Origin: an uncultured Acidobacteriota bacterium
GTDB lineage: Bacteria; Acidobacteriota; UBA6911
Reading direction: 5' to 3'
Length of the DNA stretch: 57,652 nucleotides
Assembly: GCA_964481255.1 (NCBI GenBank)
Contig: CAYZTZ010000006.1
Span: 1 to 57,652, forward strand
Both the position numbers and the translations under genes were made by a program. Below the pieces are notes generated by a model that was given only the letters and a program-made list of their open reading frames with translations, had not been told where the DNA came from and made no database searches. Positions 50,767 to 57,652 of this stretch are shown here, one piece after another (the stretch's first letter is position 1; each line of letters starts with the position of its first letter).

Positions 50767-52188
50767 CTAGAGTTTACATTGAGATTGAGTCGGTTTGGGC
50801 ACGGAGCGGCGAAAAAGACCGAGGACGGACAACGCCTGGCGGCCTGGATTGAAAGCCAGCGCGTAGAGCGTCGTCATTATCACGGCCGAGCTGAGACACC
50901 ACAGGCAGGAGGCCCCGATCACGAAGGGCTCGAGAAAGGTCAGATAGGCGGAGAAGAGAGTGCCCAGAGCCGTCATGACCAGGATACATACGGATGCCCA
51001 TAGTGAAATTCGGCCCTTTACCCAGCGGCGAAGCATCCAGGCCGCGTAGATGGCAAGGTAACCGAACAACCCCATCAGGCCGATCGGGATGACGCCGAAA
51101 AGCCTCGCGTACTCGCTCTGCTGAACCGTATTGCAGTCCCCCACGGGTCCGCAGACTGCCTCCACTTCCAGCACTTCCACATGGGCCAGATACGCCGCCG
51201 CCAGCATGCCGACAATCGTCAGGACCGGAGTCGCCCAATCGAGGCGCGGCGCCTCAGGTTTCTCCTCTTTGGGAAGCGGCTTTCTCAGCGACATTAAAGA
51301 CAGCAGCAGTGTCATTAGCATCCCGGCCAGCACCAGAATAGCAAGGCCGTTCCCGTATGGATCCATGAGTATTCGATCCAGCACGCCCATCTTCTTATGG
51401 CCGCCGGTCAGGTCGATGATGCCCGCAGGCTCCGTTTTGGCTGCGGGCTGTGGGATCCCTGCGCCCGAGGCCGTGGATTCCGGGCTCGAAGGAAGTGCGG
51501 ACGGGCCGGCGGCGCTTGTTTGCGGCGGGAATTGAGAGAAACCTGAAGGCGCCGCCTGCTTCGATGCCTGTGCTTTCGGCGCTGAGGATGCGGGCGGCGC
51601 TCCTTCGGGAGGCTTGCCTGGGGCCAAGACAGCGGCCGTTTTGCGTGGTGAACCGGCGGCGGCCCGGGTCACCGGCGCTGCTGAAGGGGCTCCGGTCGAG
51701 GGCGATCCCGCGTGCATCTGCCGGTCTGATGCCAATCCCTGATTTTCCGCGAGCAAGGTCTTGAAACCCGGGATGGGCGGCCAGTCGATGCCTCCCTCCG
51801 AGAGATGTTTCTCAATCAGATCGGGGAATTTCTGCGGTATTTCCTCGGATCCCACCAACGAAGTGTCTCCCACGATGAGCAGGGGCACGGACATCCGCAC
51901 ATGACCGTACCGCATGCATGCGGAAAGAAAAAGATCGCGGCCCGCCGGCGTCGCGGTGCTGATAATGGCCACCTGAAGCCGCGGTCCATAACGCTCCGCG
52001 AGCGGAGGCAGGGTCTGTTCGATGACCTTGGCGCAATGGGAGCAGGTGGGCGAGGCGAAGAGAACGGCGCGCACCGCCGCCGCGTCGTTGCGTGCAGAAC
52101 AAAAGCCTTGCCCTGCGAGCTCCAGCAGAACGGCCGCGGACGCCCAGACGGCGCATCGCATCAAAAAGCTTGTCGCAGACTTAAACAT
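50767..52188 (-). CDS. Thioredoxin-like domain + Pro/Ala/Ser linker + VKOR fusion
   Basis: Signal peptide, PTCSHC, VPLLIVG; VKOR CGPVGDC..V..S and CLWC; start may be 52161. Confidence 0.85.
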   Translation of the reverse strand: MFKSATSFLMRCAVWASAAVLLELAGQGFCSARNDAAAVRAVLFASPTCSHCAKVIEQTLPPLAERYGPRLQVAIISTATPAGRDLFLSACMRYGHVRMSVPLLIVGDTSLVGSEEIPQKFPDLIEKHLSEGGIDWPPIPGFKTLLAENQGLASDRQMHAGSPSTGAPSAAPVTRAAAGSPRKTAAVLAPGKPPEGAPPASSAPKAQASKQAAPSGFSQFPPQTSAAGPSALPSSPESTASGAGIPQPAAKTEPAGIIDLTGGHKKMGVLDRILMDPYGNGLAILVLAGMLMTLLLSLMSLRKPLPKEEKPEAPRLDWATPVLTIVGMLAAAYLAHVEVLEVEAVCGPVGDCNTVQQSEYARLFGVIPIGLMGLFGYLAIYAAWMLRRWVKGRISLWASVCILVMTALGTLFSAYLTFLEPFVIGASCLWCLSSAVIMTTLYALAFNPGRQALSVLGLFRRSVPKPTQSQCKL

Positions 52189-52395
52189 AGGTTCTTTAGC
52201 AACTCAGGGATCATTCCCGGCATCCGCAAACGGCGATCCGCCCACGCACCGGAAGAGTGATTATAGACCAAAGACCCCCGGCAAGCAGTGTCACATAATT
52301 CTCAGGAAAGCCGATTCCGCGGTCCTGCGCGTCGAAGCCGCGGCCCCTATGGAACCGCTCGACCGGAACGAGCGATCCTCGCACTGCCTGCCGTC

Positions 52396-52411
52396 AGGAA
52401 TGATTATTGCT
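52396..52411 (+). promoter_or_regulatory. Weak sigma54 promoter candidate upstream of the cytochrome gene
   Basis: AGGAATGATTATTGCT has GG-N10-GC spacing and a TTGCT -12 element. Confidence 0.3.
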
Positions 52412-52649
52412 TATTCCTCGAGGGCGACTTTTCATAAGGGGATTGTTTTTGCTGATGCGTCAAAGTCTTCAGGCGGAAAAAACGGGGGCTCTCCCTTTTC
52501 TCGATTGTTGGACCGGGCACCAGCCCTCTGGAATGGTGCGATCTTTCGGCACCCGTGGAGCCGCGGCTCGCATCCCCGGCGAATGCGACGGCACGCGCCT
52601 GTCCCGCCCGTATGCGGAATCATCTCGAATCACGAAAAGGTGACTTTTT

Positions 52650-53426
52650 ATGGATAAACAAATGAACCGTCGATCCATTTTGAATCTCGGCGCGGCCGCA
52701 GGCGGCCTCGCCATCGGCGGATCGATTCTGAAAGGGGCCGCGTTCACGGCCGCGGAGAAAAAACCCGGAGCTCGTCTGCCCTGGCCATGGAGGGAAATCA
52801 ATCCCGCCGACATTCAGGAAAGGGCCTATCAGTCGGCCTGGGCGAAAATCGGCTGCATGTACGGCACCGTCGAGGCCGTCATCGGCACGCTTGCGGACAA
52901 ATACGGCTCCCCGTACGATACTTTCCCTGTAGAGGCTACTATATACGGAAGCGGCGGCGTCGGGGGCATCGGTTCGCTCTGCGGCACCATCAACGCCTGC
53001 GGACTGCTTTTCAACCTCTTCACCAGGAATCAGGAGGATCTTTTCGCCCTCTGTCAGGAAATTTCGCTCTGGTATGAAAGCGCCAGGCTCCCGTCCTATA
53101 AACCGAAGAGCCCGAAGCTCGATATCCCGATCGCGCCGTCCGTCGCCCGCTCTAACCTATGCCACGTCTCGTCCACCACATGGGCCAATGTTTCGGGACA
53201 TAAGCTGTTGACAAACCAGCACTTTGAGCGCTGCAACCGCCTTGTCGCGGACGTCGCGATGCAGGCGGTCACCCTGCTCAACCAGTACAGCTCCGGCAAA
53301 GTCCTTTTCAAGGAAAAACTAAATTCCTTTTCGCAGGGCTGCTTGTCCTGCCACGGCCCGGGAAACGCCAAGGCCAATGTCGCCAGCGGCATGAGCTGTG
53401 ATACCTGCCACAAGAATCCCCATTAA
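52650..53426 (+). CDS. C-GCAxxG-C-C family protein, split-Soret cytochrome c-like, Tat-exported
   Basis: NRRSIL Tat motif, GCMYG, GSLCGTINAC, NLCHVS, ERCNRL, two CxxCH motifs (CLSCH, CDTCH). Confidence 0.85.
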   Translation: MDKQMNRRSILNLGAAAGGLAIGGSILKGAAFTAAEKKPGARLPWPWREINPADIQERAYQSAWAKIGCMYGTVEAVIGTLADKYGSPYDTFPVEATIYGSGGVGGIGSLCGTINACGLLFNLFTRNQEDLFALCQEISLWYESARLPSYKPKSPKLDIPIAPSVARSNLCHVSSTTWANVSGHKLLTNQHFERCNRLVADVAMQAVTLLNQYSSGKVLFKEKLNSFSQGCLSCHGPGNAKANVASGMSCDTCHKNPH

Positions 53427-53631
53427 TGGCGAGCCGCCGGGGCGAGCGGCCGGATCCGCGCATTCTATTTTCCGGGGACGCGTCTGCATCGGATAATGTA
53501 TAGTCTAAAGAAACCGCGCAAACGACAGGAAAGGCGGGAGGAACGCGGCATGGCATGAAGTCATGATCGATGGATACGGAGGTATTTCTTTTCCTGTACG
53601 ACGATTGCGATGAACAAGGAGGGAAGCTCCG

Positions 53632-56172
53632 GTGGAAAGTTCTGTTATGGTCATCGGCGCCGGGCCCGCGGGAATGCGGGCAAGCTTGGAGCTTTTGCAG
53701 CAGGGGTTTAGAGTCTGCCTGGTGGAGGAAAAGCCCACGATAGGCGGCAAGATGGCGCAGATAGACAAGATGTTCCCTACCAATGAATGCGCCACGTGCA
53801 CCGCCCTGCCGCGGATGCTGGAGCTCACGAGCAATTCCGACCTCACGCTTTTTCCCTTTACGGACGTCCTGTCCATAGAGGGCGCGCCCGGAGACTTGAA
53901 AGTCAGGCTCCTAAAAAAGCCGCGATATGTGGATCCGGTGAAATGCACGGCGTGCACGGATTGCTTCCCGGTCTGCCCTGTCGGCGGCGTCCCCATGGAT
54001 TTCAATCTCGGCAGAGGAGCATCCAAGGCCGTCTTTTTCTACTCACCCTTTCCGCCTCGTAAAGCCCTGATCGATCCCCGATACTGCAGCTTCATTCGGG
54101 ACGGGAAGTGCGGTGAAATGGATAAGCCCCCCTGTGTGGAGGCCTGCAAGCCCGGGGCGATCGATTTTTCCCAGAAACCGCAGGAAATCCTTCTCAATGT
54201 CGGAGCCGTAATCCTGGCCACGGGTGCGGATGAGATCAGGGACGATACAGTGCTGGGCGGATATGGGTACGGGAAAGCATCCAATGTGCTTACGGCTCTG
54301 GAGTATGAACGCCTGCTGTCCGGCCTCGGGCCAACGAGCGGCGTCGTGAAGCTCGGCGACGGGAACGAACCGGAGAGCGTGGCGTGGGTCGTGCTTGACG
54401 ACTCGTCATCGATAGGGTTCATGACAGCGGCGGCTGAGGCTCTGGGAACCCTGGAAAAGAATCCGAGGGCGGCTGCAACCGTTTTTTGCAGACAGACCGA
54501 TCCCGACCGCGACGCCTACCGCGCTTTCTATTCGAATTGCATGGAAAGGGGCGTCCGGTTCATCCGCGGAGATTCCTTATCTATAAAGCCGGACGGGAGC
54601 GGCGCCGTCCAGATCTCTTATACCTGTGAGGGCCGGAAGACCGGTCTTACGGCGGAAATGCTTGTACTGGTGCCGCCCCTGCAGGCTTCCGAGAGCGCAC
54701 GCAGGCTATTCGAGAGACTCGGCATCCAGACAGACCGGATGGGCTTTGTGAACGCCGCCGACGAAATTTCCCATCCTCTGGAAACGGGCCTCCCGGGGAT
54801 CTTTGTTTGCGGGGCGGCCCGGGGTTCCAGGGGGATCGAGGATTCCATCGTCGAAGCATGTTCCGCCGCCTCCAGGGCGGCGGCCCTGCTGTCTCCCTAC
54901 CGGAGCAAGGAGCGAGCGAGCGCGCCTAAAGCGGAGGCCTTGCCTGTGAAGCCCGAAGATGAGCCTGCTATCGGGGTGGTGATTTGCCGCTGCGGCCTCA
55001 ACATAGCGGGCCTGGTCAACCTGGACGAATTGGCGAGTTTCACCGCGTCCCTGCCCTTCGTGAAGCAGGTTGAGTTGACCCCCTTCGGCTGTGACGGTGT
55101 CTCCATCAAAAGACTTTTGGCGACGGGAGAATTCAATAGGATCGTCCTGGGGGCGTGCTCGCCCAAGACCCATGAGAGGCTTTTCGAACAGCACCTTGAA
55201 TCCGGCGGTCTGAACCGTCAGCTTTTGGAGATCGTGAACCTTCGCAACCACTGCACGTGGGTGCACAGCACGGACAAGAAGGGAGCGACGGCCAAAGCCA
55301 AAACGCTCATGAAAATGGGCGTGAGCCGCGCCGCGCTTCTTGAATCCCTTGCGGATATCGAGGTGCCGGTCACTCAGGTCTGCCTCGTGGTCGGATGCAA
55401 TCCGTCCGGGATTGCGGCGGCGCTGGCATCGGCCGGTATGGGTTATGAAGTTCATGTCGTCGAAAGCGATCCGGCCCCCGCGAAAATGCCGGAAAATCAG
55501 GGAACAAGAGCCAGGGCGCTGTTGAAGGAGCTTTTGGAGAACAGCAAGGCCAAAATCCATGCGGGCGCCAGGATAGCGGCGATAGAGGGTTTTGTCGGCA
55601 ACTACAGCGCGGAAATTGCGGGCCCTGCGGGGAACGTGGAGATAAACGCCGGTGCCGTCATAATTGCCGCAAGAGAAAAAATGGGCCTATCCTCGGATGG
55701 GGAGGATTACGAAAAGGCCCTGGCGATTGCAAGGAGCGAAAAAGGCTTCCTTGTCCCAAGCCTCGGTATATGGAACGTCTTGGATTTCAACACCGAAGGG
55801 GTCTTCCTGTGCGGCCCGGCGCGTGGTGACATGGAGCTGATGGACGGCATTATCGAGGGCGAGGCCGCCGCCTCGCGTGCGGCCGGCATACTTGCCCATC
55901 GGCGGATGGTCAAATCCCCGAGGGTTTCCGTCGTTGTGGATGAAAAGTGCGACGGGTGCGCCTACTGCGTGGATCCCTGCCCCGCGCATGCCATCACGCT
56001 TCTTGAATACATGCATGAAGAGGCCGTCAAGAAAACGGTGGAATCCAACGAGGCCACATGCAGGGGCTGCGGGATATGCATGGCGACCTGTCCCAAGGAG
56101 GGCATATACATAAGGCACTTCAGGCCGGAGCAGTTCAAAGCGATGGTCGAGTCCCTTCAGGAGGGAGCCTAG
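53632..56172 (+). CDS. HdrA-like flavo-iron-sulfur protein (atypical)
   Basis: IGAGPAG, KMFPTNECATC, inserted ferredoxin, HdrA N-domain ICRCG...GACSP...NLRNHCTWVH, C-terminal 2x[4Fe-4S]; GTG start with AAGGAGG RBS. Confidence 0.88.
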   Translation: MESSVMVIGAGPAGMRASLELLQQGFRVCLVEEKPTIGGKMAQIDKMFPTNECATCTALPRMLELTSNSDLTLFPFTDVLSIEGAPGDLKVRLLKKPRYVDPVKCTACTDCFPVCPVGGVPMDFNLGRGASKAVFFYSPFPPRKALIDPRYCSFIRDGKCGEMDKPPCVEACKPGAIDFSQKPQEILLNVGAVILATGADEIRDDTVLGGYGYGKASNVLTALEYERLLSGLGPTSGVVKLGDGNEPESVAWVVLDDSSSIGFMTAAAEALGTLEKNPRAAATVFCRQTDPDRDAYRAFYSNCMERGVRFIRGDSLSIKPDGSGAVQISYTCEGRKTGLTAEMLVLVPPLQASESARRLFERLGIQTDRMGFVNAADEISHPLETGLPGIFVCGAARGSRGIEDSIVEACSAASRAAALLSPYRSKERASAPKAEALPVKPEDEPAIGVVICRCGLNIAGLVNLDELASFTASLPFVKQVELTPFGCDGVSIKRLLATGEFNRIVLGACSPKTHERLFEQHLESGGLNRQLLEIVNLRNHCTWVHSTDKKGATAKAKTLMKMGVSRAALLESLADIEVPVTQVCLVVGCNPSGIAAALASAGMGYEVHVVESDPAPAKMPENQGTRARALLKELLENSKAKIHAGARIAAIEGFVGNYSAEIAGPAGNVEINAGAVIIAAREKMGLSSDGEDYEKALAIARSEKGFLVPSLGIWNVLDFNTEGVFLCGPARGDMELMDGIIEGEAAASRAAGILAHRRMVKSPRVSVVVDEKCDGCAYCVDPCPAHAITLLEYMHEEAVKKTVESNEATCRGCGICMATCPKEGIYIRHFRPEQFKAMVESLQEGA

Positions 56173-56589
56173 ATGGCGAGCGAATTCGAACCGAAGATCC
56201 TGGCATTCTGCTGCAACTGGTGTTCCTATGCGGCCGCGGACGCCGCAGGCACCGCGAGATTCCAATATCCGGCGAACGTGCATATCATCCGCTGCATGTG
56301 CTCGGGAATGATCCATCCGAACATGGTAATGGACGCCCTTACCAAGGGTTTCGCGGACGGCGTGCTGATATGCGGCTGCCATCCCGGAGACTGCCACTAT
56401 CAGACAGGAAATGAAAAAGCCAAGTCGAGGGCGGAGGCGATCTCCCTGATGCTCGGGGATTTTGGTCTGGAGACGGAGCGCTTCAGGCTTGAATGGGTTT
56501 CCGCGTCGGAGGCCTCAAAATTCGCCGCGATAGCGAAGGAGATGACCGAGACGGTTCGGGCGCTGGGCCCGAATGTCTACCGAAGCTGA
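56173..56589 (+). CDS. mvhD: MvhD/FlxD-like [2Fe-2S] subunit
   Basis: FCCNWCSY, IRCMCSG, GCHPGDCHY, RLEWVSASE; AGGAGG RBS. Confidence 0.92.
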   Translation: MASEFEPKILAFCCNWCSYAAADAAGTARFQYPANVHIIRCMCSGMIHPNMVMDALTKGFADGVLICGCHPGDCHYQTGNEKAKSRAEAISLMLGDFGLETERFRLEWVSASEASKFAAIAKEMTETVRALGPNVYRS

Positions 56590-56641
56590 CGACGCAGCGG
56601 CATAAACGGCCCGGCAAAGCCGGCTCCTGGACATTCGTCGA

Positions 56642-57610
56642 TCAGGACCTTGACGCGCGTTTGGATCGCCTCGCGGCGTAAAAAGCGCTTTCTCCCGTGC
56701 GCATCACGGCCGCCTTCCCGGAGGCGACAAGCGCTTCCATGTGCTTCAGCGCCTCCGAAAAGTGGATTCCGAGACTGCGCGCGACATCGGAAGCGGTGCA
56801 GGGCCGCCGTGACAGCATCGAAACGATGTCGTCCCGGACGGATTCCGCTGAAGACATTCTGTGCCCGACGGCCCCCGCGCCGGCTCCTCCTATGACGTCA
56901 ACTTCGCCGGGGAAGATTTCCTTCAGGGCCAGCAGCTGGTTCTTCGAAAGGGGGCCGGCGCAGGATTCCGCAGGGGGCCGGGCGACCGTGTTCAGCTGAA
57001 TGCGCGTCAGACGAATGCGCCGTGTGATGGCGGCAATCTTCTCGACCTCCTGCCGGATTCCCGTAATCCCGCCCAAAAGGAAAACCTCCAGCCAGATCTC
57101 CCCTTTATAAAGATCCGCAAAAGCGGCCAGGCCGTCGACCATCCGCTGGAACGATATTTTCGGGTGCGGGCGGTTCACGTATCGGTAGAGATGTGGATCT
57201 CCGGCATCCAGCGATGGAATCACAAGGTCCGCCGCCATAAGGGCGTTCTGCACGTCCGTATCCCAGAGGAGGGAACCGTTGGTGAGCACGGCCACAGGTA
57301 CGCTCGTCATACCTTTGATCCTGAGGATGAGATCCCCGATGCTGCTGTTGAGGGTCGGTTCCCCAGAGCCGGCAAGGCTTATGTAATCCAGCGCGTCCGT
57401 GCATGCGAGCTTTTGCTCCAACTCGCCCAGAATGTCCGCGACCGGCACATATTCCTTTCGCCGGAGGGTTTTATCCGTAGTCCGGCCCAGCTGGCAGTAA
57501 ATGCAGTCGTAGGTGCAGGTCTTGAAAGGGACAAGATCAATCCCGAGGGATCGTCCCAGACGCCTTGAAGGGACGGGCCCGTAGATATGCCGGAATAGTT
57601 TCTTTTTCAT
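56642..57610 (-). CDS. Radical SAM Fe-S oxidoreductase (COG0731-like)
   Basis: YGPVPSRRLGRSLG, CTYDCIYC, GSGEPTL, LTNGSLL, C-terminal HTH with RRPC. Confidence 0.9.
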   Translation of the reverse strand: MKKKLFRHIYGPVPSRRLGRSLGIDLVPFKTCTYDCIYCQLGRTTDKTLRRKEYVPVADILGELEQKLACTDALDYISLAGSGEPTLNSSIGDLILRIKGMTSVPVAVLTNGSLLWDTDVQNALMAADLVIPSLDAGDPHLYRYVNRPHPKISFQRMVDGLAAFADLYKGEIWLEVFLLGGITGIRQEVEKIAAITRRIRLTRIQLNTVARPPAESCAGPLSKNQLLALKEIFPGEVDVIGGAGAGAVGHRMSSAESVRDDIVSMLSRRPCTASDVARSLGIHFSEALKHMEALVASGKAAVMRTGESAFYAARRSKRASRS

Positions 57611-57652
57611 GATCAGGCCCCGCAGGGAGGCTTGCTGCAACGCTCCTCGCGA

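Noticed and set aside
53632-56589. Selenocysteine recoding in HdrA, MvhD or the YedF-like protein
   Set aside because: There are no in-frame TGA codons at conserved Cys positions; all motifs use Cys codons.

Overview
GC-rich bacterial chromosomal segment, probably from an Acidobacteriota-like diderm. This taxonomy is an inference from the acidobacterial-style outer-membrane beta-barrel, the mfd-surA and tilS-ftsH-folP-cdaA-cdaR gene order, an LPS heptose gene and REP-like palindromes. About 45 credible CDS and one tRNA-Leu(CAA) are present. I see no CRISPR array, prophage, integrase or intact transposase. The housekeeping core (20-37 kb) is mfd, surA-like PPIase, rfaE2, cdaR, cdaA, folP, ftsH, tilS, hemB, hemL, a CNNM/CorC protein and carD. 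Accessory modules are: a speB-speY(DHS-like)-ODC polyamine operon; a Tat-exported PaoABC-like molybdoenzyme; an Arn-like lipid-linked amino-sugar glycosylation operon; an acetylene-hydratase-family Mo/W enzyme lacking the catalytic Asp; and an anaerobic redox block (TauE, PAS-sigma54 activator, NifB/NifX, Trx-VKOR, split-Soret-type cytochrome, atypical HdrA, MvhD, radical SAM). The two most unusual signals are (1) a full-length ProRS paralog whose aminoacylation motifs are selectively eroded while its editing and anticodon-binding domains look intact, and (2) an orphan ~180-nt rod-like structured RNA candidate between convergent genes, with a sigma54-type motif and a plus-strand terminator. 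All product calls are by motif recognition; no database searches were run.
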